Source: Schmidtea nova (taxonomy: Eukaryota). Taken from it: 64,000 nt of DNA. Every line of letters starts with the position of its first letter. The stretch's first letter is position 1. A program made the position numbers and the translations under genes. The notes below the pieces were generated by a model, which saw nothing but the letters and a program-made list of their open reading frames with translations, ran no database searches and was not told the origin of the DNA. Positions 1 to 10,591 of this stretch are shown here, piece by piece. The stretch spans positions 415,958,001 through 416,022,000 of the forward strand of contig CM097883.1 of assembly GCA_044892505.1 (NCBI GenBank), read 5' to 3'.

Positions 1-1007
1 AGCCGTAGTTAGCGTAATTTCATCCTCATAAAGCATGTTCATTCTTCAGTATGACGACTGACACCAGCCAACAGCGAGAACTGGACAAGGCCTGGAGACT
101 CCACCGAGCGTTGGAAAAAGAGCTGAACCAGGAAAAAGCGTTACGTGCTAAAGCTGAGGCACAAATTCAGTATTTACGAACCAGTTGGTTCGCCCCAGCT
201 CGTATGAAAGAACAGATGAGCCGAACGGAGAGAGCTCAAAAGACCGCGGATGATTATTGCACGGAATGGGAAGCAACAAAGATTGAGTTACGCCGATGTC
301 TCCATTCCGTGACGACTTCTTTCATCGATTCTGATTTACGGTCACAAATTCGACCCATCACCTACCAGAAATGGGTAGGAGAACAGAAAATGGCCTGTTT
401 GGTCAGTACCGACACTGACGGTCTCGAAGCGACAACGACTCAAAGTCCGACGGAACCTACAGTTATACCGATTCACGTCGAAAAAATAAAAAAGAGAAAA
501 CGAATCGGCTCCAAGCGTCGACGCCAAAGGAAACTGTTCTCCCAGCCGCTACAAGCGCAAGTGAACAATATGGCAGAAATGTCTGAAGCAGAATGGCTAT
601 CAGAGATATTTCCTCCCGAAGGGATCTTCGCTGAATTTTTAGTTAAATAAAAGTATTGAATGTTACCAGATTCCGGTGTTCTAATTTTTGTTCTTCTATT
701 TTCTTTATTGTTGCGTAATTAATAATAAGTAAATTTTACAACCACACGTTCACATAACAAATAAAATAGCGTAAGTCCTTCTACGGCAGCGTGAACCCGT
801 AAACATAAATGGGGAGTAGTCCTAGCAATAATGCTCACCTGCCCATCATTGTTTAACCACCTTGCGCATCACCAACTTGGTTATCAAGGGAAATAAACAA
901 AGGCGCTCGAGTGAGATTTCGCGGAAATTTATGCATGATCATGGACGGGGAATCCCTAGCCATCGTTAGAATTTTCATCTAACCCCTCCATGAGCCCAGC
1001 ATAAATT
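1..1007 (+). repeat. Distal part of putative 5' LTR (U3 end, R, U5)
   Basis: AATAAA at 646-651 followed by a T/GT-rich downstream element (~680-715); ends ...CCCAGCA(1001) just before the PBS. No second copy is in the window to confirm it. Confidence 0.55.
51..650 (+). CDS. Hypothetical 199-aa protein in the putative LTR; N-terminal coiled coil, basic NLS-like KIKKRKRIGSKRRRQRK
   Basis: Open ORF preceded by acceptor-like TTCATTCTTCAG|T|ATG; its stop overlaps the AATAAA. No homology recognised. Confidence 0.5.
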   Translation: MTTDTSQQRELDKAWRLHRALEKELNQEKALRAKAEAQIQYLRTSWFAPARMKEQMSRTERAQKTADDYCTEWEATKIELRRCLHSVTTSFIDSDLRSQIRPITYQKWVGEQKMACLVSTDTDGLEATTTQSPTEPTVIPIHVEKIKKRKRIGSKRRRQRKLFSQPLQAQVNNMAEMSEAEWLSEIFPPEGIFAEFLVK

Positions 1008-1025
1008 TGGGGGCTCAGCCGGGAT
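1008..1025 (+). promoter_or_regulatory. Primer-binding site complementary to tRNA-Pro
   Basis: TGGGGGCTCAGCCGGGAT matches the canonical tRNA-Pro PBS TGGGGGCTCGTCCGGGAT at 16/18 positions. Confidence 0.75.
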
Positions 1026-1405
1026 CAACATAGCTTTTATCGGAAATTGTGAATGTAAAATCTGCAGAGAATTTTAAAATGCTCTCGTTTTTGTGTGAGA
1101 AAATGAATCGAATAACAACGGAGAGTTTTAATAATTAAAAATTCAACTTCTGTACAAAAACAAATAAAAAATATAATAGTAAATGTTGATACTACCAATA
1201 GATAATAAAGTGAATTTATAAAAACATAATAAAAAACAGAGAAATTAAACAAATACAAATGAAGTCATAAATAACATGTCGGGATGACAATTTACTGAGA
1301 CACGGGGGGAGTTGTTAAATATTAAAATATGCAAAACGAAATATATTACTACTTTGAAATAATGATGAAAATAACAAACAATTAAAACAATTAATTATTT
1401 AGTAA

Positions 1406-1867
1406 ATGGAGGAAAAGCTGAAGGAAATTGAGGAATTTTTCAACAAGGAAAACGAGACATTAGGAATAATTTGCAAGAAAATAACCCGATTGAGAGAATC
1501 CGAATTTCAGGAACCCACAACACAGACCGAGGAAACAGACGAATTAATAAAGATCATAGAGAAAACAAGTAACATCGACATAAATACTCGTTACAAATGG
1601 TATAAAGCGCGACTAGAAGATGCTGATCTGAACATTAGGTGCCGACAAATAGAACAACGATTAACCCCAACATATAATCGATGGATGGCGCAAGGGGTAA
1701 AAGCAGCGAAAAAATACCGACAGTGTTATATATGTGAGGACAGCGAAATACAAATTATGTTTTTACCTTGCGGACATTTTCGTTTTTGTAAGATTTGTGC
1801 AAACCAGTGCGACCGATGTCCTATGTGCAACTTTACTGTGAATGAAAAAATTGTGGTTTATTTATAA
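1406..1867 (+). CDS. IAP/XIAP-type C-terminal RING finger protein (C3HC4 E3 ligase), no BIR domain
   Basis: CYICEDSEIQIMFLPCGHFRFCKICANQCDRCPMCNFTVNEKIVVYL closely follows the IAP RING pattern at the extreme C-terminus. The ORF is intact and intronless. Confidence 0.85.
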   Translation: MEEKLKEIEEFFNKENETLGIICKKITRLRESEFQEPTTQTEETDELIKIIEKTSNIDINTRYKWYKARLEDADLNIRCRQIEQRLTPTYNRWMAQGVKAAKKYRQCYICEDSEIQIMFLPCGHFRFCKICANQCDRCPMCNFTVNEKIVVYL

Positions 1868-2316
1868 TAAATGTTTAGAGTTAATTAACAAAATATCGAA
1901 TAATGAAGTCATGGGAACAATTATTTTAGTTAAATAATTTTTGAGCTACTACAAAGAATCCATTGGGAGGTACCGGTTGATCAACCCACTCAGGATGTAT
2001 AGAAAGGGGCCCATCGCAAACTTTGGAAAGTTTTTGTGATGTGATTGATCACCACATCCCGCATTAACGGACCAACGCGATCTTTATGTATATTTTGGTT
2101 GGGGAGAGAGATAGGGAAATCTTGATGAAGTAAGGCGCGCATAGAAAAAATTTGAAGCAGACTGATCAGTGAATAGTTACGATAAAATAGAGAAATAAAT
2201 AACATTAGGAGGTGCATAATCAGCTCGCATAGAAGTAGTTATAACTCAGCTGAGACATTTAAGTCGCTAGCGAAGTTAGGAATTGTGAGTAACCGGTTAG
2301 GGAAATTTGTTAGATA

Positions 2317-2680
2317 TTGTCCTTTGAAACAAAAGTTTATGCGAGGTTGTCCCTTGAAACAAAGGGTTATGCGATGTTGTCCCTTGAAACAAAGGGTTAT
2401 CAGCGGGTTGTCCCTTGAAACAAAGGGTTGAGGCCAATGAGCCATATTGAATGACCTAGCTAGGCATAATTGGGAGATATTAATTTGAGGCCAATAGAGC
2501 CATTTGAGATATTAATTTGAGGCTAAAAGAGCCATAGAGAATTATAGAGTTATCCGGATATATAGTAACGGAGGGAATATAGGCCCAGGGTTACAATTGT
2601 TTGAATAGCAACGGAGGGAATATAGGCCCAGGGTTACAATTGTTTGAATAGCAACAGAGGGAATATAGGCACATAGTTGT
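2317..2680 (+). promoter_or_regulatory. Tandem-repeat enhancer/promoter-like block upstream of gag
   Basis: Four ~30-bp units (TTGTCCCTTGAAACAAAGGGTTAT) at 2317-2432; GGCCAAT boxes at ~2434 and ~2491 in a ~35-bp duplication; TATA-like GATATATAG at ~2558; ~46-bp repeats at 2565-2670. Confidence 0.5.
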
Positions 2681-3126
2681 AATCGTCGACGAGATTAAGA
2701 ACAGTGCGCACTAGTAGTTGGGAAATGCGAGTAAAGCTGATTATGCGACCTAAGTAATGCATGCAAGGAGAATAATGAAAAATAGGAGCTGACCGGAGAA
2801 ACAGGCAGAAAAAGTAAATGATAGCTAGCAACGAATAACGAATAAAGACGATAAAAAAATAAGTGAGTCAAAAACGACACAGGGAATTAGAGCGCTCAAA
2901 CGACCAATAAATTGGGAAACCAAGGGAATTGTTAATTGAATTGAATTGTTAAACGATAGATAATTATTACGACCTAAATAGATAATTGTGACTAGTCTAT
3001 ATATAATTTAAATAGACTAAAAATAAAAGGGAATCTGGGAATGGGGAAATAATGAAAAACCCAGTGATAAGTAATCCCGAAAGAAAGGGAATAAAAGCGC
3101 GACGATGAGGACATTTGTATTTTAGG

Positions 3127-4963
3127 TACACAAAACAAACCAATCAACCAAGCAAGAAGAATCAGAATACGATAATATATAAGATAAGAAAATTGATAAT
3201 CTAAAGGAAATCCCGCTGAGAACAGGAACAATTAGTGTTGTAATAAAACCACCCAAAAAAAAAGACGTCAGTAATATCAACAAAAAAGACCCAAATAGTA
3301 TTGTAACAGAACCAACAGAAAAGAAGAAAGTCGGCAAGGATAGCAACAAAAAAGAACCAAAAGGGAGTAAAGCGAGGAAGATAATAATAGAAAAGTCGAT
3401 TATCGAAAACGATAAATTATCAGTAACAAGCAACAGTTCAAGCAACAAAGAAAACCAAACAGAACCCAAGAAAAACCAAACAAGTGAAATAGAAATCGAC
3501 GAAACCAACAAAGATTATATCGAAGTAGAACAAGAAGTAGAAATTGACGACATCGATAACGATAGTAAAGCATCAGAGAACGAGCCAATAACAGAGAACG
3601 ATCTAAATCTAAGTGAAACCGAAAACGAACATAACAACGAACTAGAAACAAGAGGAAACGAAAGTAAAACAACTCAAGACAGCGGAATCGAAATGAGCGA
3701 ACCAAGAGAAGAGATAAAAGATAAATTTCCGGAGAACCGTTTAATGGAGATGCGAGCAAATTGGAGACTTTTCTAAAGGAATTTGTCATATTCGTAGAAG
3801 TATGCAAATGGAAACCCGAAACGACAGTAAGCAGAATTCAATTATATTTAAAGAATAGCGCATTGAAGCGAAAAATGGATCCAATTCACCTACAGATTGG
3901 CAAGAAATAAAGGATTTTTTCCAACAAACCTTTGGAATAAACAGAGTTCTAAATGAGGCATTCACAGAATACTCAATGAGAAAACAAAAGATAAACGAAT
4001 CAAATGCAGTATATGCGAGTGAACTGAAAAAGTTAGCAAAGTTGACTTTTAATCAAAACAGCCCAATAAGCGATGAGTTAATGGCAGCCATCTTCATAGG
4101 AGGATTAAGAAGACCAGACATAAGAGCACAATTTGGATGTCAAGGGTGCAAAACCATAGATCAAGCGTTAGAAACAGCGAATAGATTCGAATTACATATG
4201 ATAGGAAGTGAGGGCAGAATTTACTTAGCCATGGACACAACGCAAAACGAACAAGAAGTAAATCTTAACAATCACATCCCAAATTCGCAACAGTTAAACC
4301 GACCACCACCTCAACGAAGGAATGAAGGGAATAAAGTACAAAACTTCGGAAACCAAAACAATTACAGCAACCAAGGACAAACAAAACATTGTAAAACATG
4401 TGGAAAGTTGGGACACTGGCAACAAGAATGTTATCAGAACTTGAATTGCGGAATATGCGGAGTAAAAGGACACTCAGAGAATAGATGCTACACAATAACC
4501 TGTTTTAATTGTGGACGACCTGGCCACCGATCAAGAAATTGCGGACAAAGAAGCAATCAACGAGGAAATTGGCAGAGTAATTGGAAACCGACAAAATTAT
4601 AGAAATCAACCAAATAATGGAAACCGACAAAATTATGGAAATCATCCACAAAATGGAAACCGACAATATTACGGAAACCAACAAAATAATAATAATAATA
4701 ATCAGAATTAAACCACCACCAAGGAAATACATCTGATGCAAGAAGTCCAAAGATTGACGGAACTTATGAATAAGACAAGAGGAAATCCGCAAACCGGTCA
4801 ACAACAAATCAACATGATGAGAAAAGTAGAAAGCGAAAACGAACGATTGAATCAAGAAAGCCAGGCACGACATGCTCAAGAATGGGCAAGAATACAAAGA
4901 GAGGATGAACAAAAACAGCGGGAAAGAGAACGACAACCGATAATGAAAGTCGAAAAGAAATAG
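3127..4963 (+). pseudogene. gag: Gag: acidic/basic N-terminus, capsid-like domain, three CCHC zinc knuckles, N/Q-rich tail; frameshifted
   Basis: FNGDASKLETFLKEFVIFVEVCKWKPET capsid-like motif at ~3740; CKTCGKLGHWQQEC, CGICGVKGHSENRC and CFNCGRPGHRSRNC in ORF 3976-4602. Confidence 0.9.
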
Positions 4964-5016
4964 TAAAAGAAGAGAAAGAAGCAGAAAAATAAGTAGAGAA
5001 GAAAGTCGAAAAAGAA

Positions 5017-7400
5017 GTGAATCAAGAAGAGGAAAGGAAAATTTGGAAAAGAGGAATGATGGTAACCATGCCAAACAATCATGTGTTCCGATTCCAATAT
5101 AACGCCAAAGAAGAAGTGGGTATATTGTTCAACAAAGTGAACAAGATGATTCTAGGAGTAACAAAACTACCCAGAGAAGCGTTCTTACAAATAGAAGATG
5201 CGCCAGAAGTGAAATTGGAGCAAACTGATATATGGGAAGATAGAGGAGTAACAGAGACGAAAAGAAATGTAATGATCATCAAAGAAGTGAAACCAGAGAG
5301 AATTCCACCACCAGTATATCACGAAACACGGATCAGCCGAATATTCAAAGGGAAAATGATACGAAGACGGTTGAAAGAAATAGACGAGTTGGAGAGGAAA
5401 ATGAGAAAAGTTGAAGTAGTAGATGACAAGAGTGAATCAACACAAGAAACTGTCAAAAGCGAAACGAAATCAAAGGAAAATACACAGAGTGAAACGGACC
5501 AAATAACACATATTAATATGTTAAGAAACTCCACAAGAGAATTTTCAGATGAGGAAGGTAACAGCGACGTCAGTAGTTTAGCAGGAGATTTACTAAACGA
5601 ACCCGAAAACGAAAACAAAGGTATAAAAGTAGTAAAGACGTCAGAACCCATTCAAATAAAGGTAGATGAAATTCAGAAATTATTAGATAACGCATTGGAA
5701 GTGATGTATAACACAGAATTAATTGACAAGAAACGATATCGAAAGTTTATGAGGGCAGTACTACGAATGAATTACAAAGAATGGTTACAAGACCGAGAAG
5801 TAGAAATGCTAAATCGATACGTGGGAAAACTAATAGAAGAACCACTCCACGAATATATAATCTTAATGGAGATAAAAGACTGTTCACCAAGGATCTGGAT
5901 CAAAACTCCACTCAAGGATGATATTTACCAATGAGAAGACAGACTGGGGAGTTCGTATAAAAACAAATTCATCTATTCACAGAATGGACTAGTGAAGAGA
6001 GGGATGCACATGGTAAAAACAGGCATATGGCCAGGAGAAGTAACAACATTATCAATATGCGATAATAAGAAAGAAGAAAACTTACAAGAAGTGGCAAAGG
6101 AAGCGAACACGTGTTTCGAGATGAGGATAAAACCACAGTTAGATGACGAGAAAGAGTGGAGTTTACAAGGAAACTTAAATTCTATGATAGAACAAATCAT
6201 CCAACAAATCGGAAAACATAGAAAGGAGTTAATGAGAAACGAATACGAAAAGTTGAAACAATGTATCGAATGCATACGCGACACAAGTCATACGAGAATG
6301 TCACAGATCAAATATGGTAAATTAATCGCAAAAATGGGAAAGGCAATGTTCAGACAAGGAAAAATAACGGATCTGAAAATCTCAGTGAAATAACCTAATG
6401 AAGAAACAAAAGAAATTGAGGTAATAGCAGATTGTACTATAGAAGAATTAGTAAATGTCATCAATGAGACACTACTGCAAAGAGAACCAGAAGACGAGTG
6501 GGAAGACGACATAATCATGAAATACAACGAACATGCATTATTGGATCACGATGAAAGACGACTTTATAAAATTGGTATATGGGATAATTACCAAACAATC
6601 CACGTTATCAGAATGGATGATACAGCAAGAGAAACTGCAAAAGACGAGGAAAGAAGACAAGAACGACAAAAAGAAGTCATGCACAAATTAAGGCAAATAG
6701 TAGAAATTTATCGGAATTGGCAGATAAAGCTAGAATGGGAAAAAGTATTAGGAGATTTCAATCTCAACAGACGACGACTAACACCAGTAGGAAAACAATG
6801 GAATGATCGAGGAAAATGTTGGGAACCAAAAGAAGGTGAATATGAAGAGGGATATAAAATAGGAATGGAAGACGACTACAAACCAGAAACGAAAAGAGTT
6901 TGCATGGTGACAAGGAAAATTATGCCAACAGATCAAGATGGACCAGAAACAGAAGCTATATGGTTAGAAAGGGAAAAACAAAAAACGGAAGAATTTGTCG
7001 AAATATTAAAGAGCAATGCGCACGGTAAGAGACGATTAGTAAAAGGTCTCGCAGAATTTTTTATAGCAAACGGAGAAGACATAACATGCTTGCGCAAAGT
7101 AGCAAAAGCAATCGCAGAATAAAAAAGAGTTAACGAGTGGTGCCCAGAGCAATTAGATCACGTAATTAGGAAATGGAGAAATCAAGAATTCTCTCAAGAA
7201 TCACCACAGAAAGTACATTTAAGAATAATATATCCGAACAAGGACAAGGAAGTGTTTTGGGTAGGAATAACAGAGAAAATTCGAGATATTAAAGGAAAAT
7301 TGAGATATGAACTACCATTCCATTTACAACACCAAGGACGATCATTAGATATTGGTATGGAAATCGGGATAACGCCAGCACAACTATATTTCATGAATAC
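5017..7400 (+). pseudogene. Polyprotein segment with three ubiquitin-like domains (~5056-5280, ~6373-6612, ~7213-7395)
   Basis: ORFs 5017, 5992, 6517 and 7252 share one frame separated by single stops. KISVK*PNEETKEIEVIADCTIEELVNVI..YNEHALLDHDERRLYKIGIWDNYQTIHVI and VHLRIIYPNKDKEVFWVGITEKIRDIKGKL..LQHQGRSLDIG follow the ubiquitin pattern; the first domain is weaker. Confidence 0.55.
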
Positions 7401-8039
7401 CTGGACAGTGGAAGCGACAGCGGGTCAACCATTGAAACGTAAAGAGGAAAACAGGAAACCACACGGAAGTACAAGTACGCAGAGCCCGATGAAATCAGTA
7501 TTAACGCCAGGAACAAGTTCAAGACGACCCGAGACATACCGAGGGAAACCAGAGAAAGGACTCCACCACAACCATACGATGTGGAAGAAATATTAACGGA
7601 TAGCGACGACATGATAGAGGAGTTAACCGAATTAACAAAGGAAAAAGACGATAACATTTTCGAAAGAATACAAGAACTACCTAGAACAATAAAAGTAATC
7701 AATACCGGAAATGAAGTCGAACAGGAAATAATAATAGAAGAAGTAAACGACTTATCAGAAGAAGAAACAAGAAGAACAAACGTAGAAAATATACACTTAA
7801 CAAAAGAAATGGAAAGGTGGTTAGAAGAAAGAGCTAACGAACCAACAGACGCCACGGAAGAAACCGGACGAGCAACAAGACTTGTGGAAACAGATACAGA
7901 TAGACGACCCCGTGAGAGACCCAAGACAGATCCAGCGAATATAGTTATAAGAAACAAAGATGAAAAGAGGCAAGATCAATGGGAGTTATGCTTAAAGAAA
8001 TTAAATAAAATCGCGGAAATAAAAGAAAAAGAGACAACA

Positions 8040-8450
8040 CAAATGTGTCAAGGTGAGGAATGGATATCAAAAATAATAATGGAAATATTGGCGATAATTG
8101 ATCCAGAATTAAAAATATATTGGCGAATAAACGAAATAAGTGAAAGGGCAAAGTCATTACATAGCGCAATCGCACGAATTTTACCAGAACTCATAAAAGA
8201 AAATACAAAATCAAACCACTTAGACTGGCAAAGAACCACTACGGTAATAAAGAAACTGACAAAAGGGGCGGAGACGGATAACAAATATTTAATAGCCATT
8301 GCGTACACTATTTACAATCTATTGACACTGAGTAGAGGTCGACCAAAACCTATTGCATTAGAAAGACATATAAAGAATACAGCCAAAATTATAACAAGAG
8401 AAATAGAACCGTACGTCATTAGCAAAGGAGGATGGGAAACATTTACCAAA
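8040..8450 (+). CDS. Bcl-2-like domain within ORF 7581-8849
   Basis: BH1-like NHLDWQRTTTVIKKL and BH2-like ITREIEPYVISKGGWETF (cf. Bcl-2 LNRHLHTWIQDNGGWDAF). Confidence 0.7.
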
Positions 8451-8569
8451 ACCAATCAAAAGAAAACTCAAGCCAAGAATATGAAAAAGAAATTCGAAGA
8501 AATATTGGGAGAGTTGGAAAAAGTACAGTCAGGAACAGGAAACGCAAAATCGTCATTGAATCTGAATTC

Positions 8570-10441
8570 AATCATAATGATGATGTTAATATGGACGATT
8601 AGCACCGACGGAGCAACAGCGTTTGAAGTATTCGATTGTGATCAAATGGCATTAGGTGAGAAATATTCATTACGAGGAACAGAACAATGTAAAGACGCCA
8701 CGCCAACAGAATTAAAAACATTACAAAAGAGACAATTGTACCACGTATACCAGGAAGCGGAACTGATAAGAACAATGGTTAGAGAATGCAAAATTTATAA
8801 ACAAGATTCGCTTTTTATTGTGGACGAGGACACTACTCTGCATTTGTGATGCCAGGAACAGAAAGAGAATCAGTAATGCTACAAGGAGAAGACTGCGAAA
8901 AATTGTTCAGATACGGTGAAATAGAAACAAGAGATAAGATAAAATTAAAAGGGATAGTTGGAGCGATAATACAACAAACGTTATATGTAGCAGGAGCGAT
9001 CACATGAGGAGAAGGTTATTGTCAAGGATCAACTTAGCCTATATTTGGAGTACCAGCAACAAACTTAGTGGTAATTGACACCTATACAGTAGAACTTAAA
9101 ACATACGAAGCGTTTTTCGATCCAATAACGGGAGAAATAAAGACCCTGCCAACGTGTAAAATTGAAGCTAGTACCTGCCAAACTGGTATGTCAACTCTAA
9201 CATAACAGACACGAGGAAATGAATGTCAACTACAATTTTTAAAGGAAGCAGAATTCGATGAAATTCAAGGGAAAACATTCCAAGAAGAAGAGGAGAACGA
9301 AGTAGCGAGAGGAAAGATTCTCAAAGAAACAGTACAAGAGAGAAGGATCGAAGCACGAACACAGGAAAAGCAAATCAAGATGAGAAATACCCCAACGGTA
9401 CTAATCACCTCAGATGCGGATGTAGGGATGAGATTCGTAAAAGGGAAAACAGCCTTAAAATGCGGAGTAGCCATGTTGGAAACCAACTACCCCGTTATTT
9501 TTGTATCAAGACAAGCGGTACCTAATGCAAAACGTCAAGTAAACACGAACGATGTTAAACTACACCTCTACGTGAACAATAAAATGGACTTCCTATGTCA
9601 CAGAGGACAAGCCTCATTACAAAAAATATATTACGACCTAATCAACAACGATTGTATATTAAATAAAGAAATACTGAAAACAAAATTAGCAGTAGCTATC
9701 ACAAACCCGGACAGTGCAATGCCACTATTACCATTGAGAGAAGGTCACTTTGGAAGAGTAGTAGGCGAAGTTATGTACGTATATATATGCAAAAAGACAA
9801 ACGCAAATGTTGCAACTGCGACGAAATTACAACCAGGACAATGAACAAACGAATTAGAAATAGAATATAAAGGAAAAGTGAGATATGTACAGCCAGTAAC
9901 AAGAATCATAAATCCAGTAAGCTTCGAGCCAAATCGTTTCAATTGTAGTAACGCATATGGACCACTATATCAAAAGCCAGATGGTAATTGGGTTATGTTC
10001 CATTCAAGAACAGAGGTACCAGCACCTAGAGAGTTCGAATTAATGCAATTATCGAAAGGACGGAAATCCAAAGATGTAGATGTAAACAATATGGGATTTT
10101 ACAGTGCAAAAGATCTAGAAGCGGCAAGACAAAATATATTATTTCCAGCAAGAAGGGAAGCCGTATTATCCAGCATCGTAACCATAACAGGAGGAACAAA
10201 TTACCAAGGTGGACCAAATTATGAGCTACTATTATCACCGACTCATTTTAAGAAAGCAACCGAAAATATGATAAAAGCGATGTGGGGAAGGTTTTTGATT
10301 TTTGGACAAATGATGGCAGGAATACTTGGCGTCATATTAATACTACAAATAATACGAGTAATAATAAAGCAAATGCTCGCGTGTTTTGACATCTACAAAA
10401 GAGAAAAGAAAGTCAACTGGAAATTAGTGGTAAGATTCTAA
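8570..10441 (+). pseudogene. env: Env-like class III fusion glycoprotein of chuvirus/herpes gB type, with one frameshift (~8815) and several nonsense codons
   Basis: Signal IIMMMLIWTISTDGATA|FEVFDC; then VRECKI, YCGRGHYSAFV, GEGYCQG, GHFGRVVGEVMYVYICKK, VRYVQPVTRII, GFYSAKDLEAARQNILFPARREAV and TM WGRFLIFGQMMAGILGVILIL. The motif order matches chuvirus-type glycoproteins. Confidence 0.8.
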
Positions 10442-10591
10442 GTAGTAGGACGAAAATTTAAAAAGATAATGAATGATGAGCAAGCAGGAAAACAGCTTAA
10501 GAAAGAAAGAAAAAGACTGTGGGAAAGAGTAAAAGGATAAAGAACCCAAGACGATTCAAGTGACGACGATGACGACTACAAAGGAGGTCAA

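Noticed and set aside
1406-1720. BIR domain in the IAP-like ORF
   Set aside because: No CxxC..H..C zinc ligands or GF(F/Y) motif.
2317-2432. CRISPR-like array
   Set aside because: Eukaryotic context, repeats are nearly contiguous with no unique spacers, and there are no cas genes.
1-3000. Circularly permuted 1-LTR-circle insertion with the LTR starting at 1313
   Set aside because: A good tRNA-Pro PBS lies at 1008, and no LTR end or PBS is visible after 2800, so 1313-2900 is better read as internal leader.
3052-3126. Short first exon and 55-nt intron supplying the gag start codon
   Set aside because: The GT-AG pair exists, but the spliced product is out of frame with the gag reading frame.
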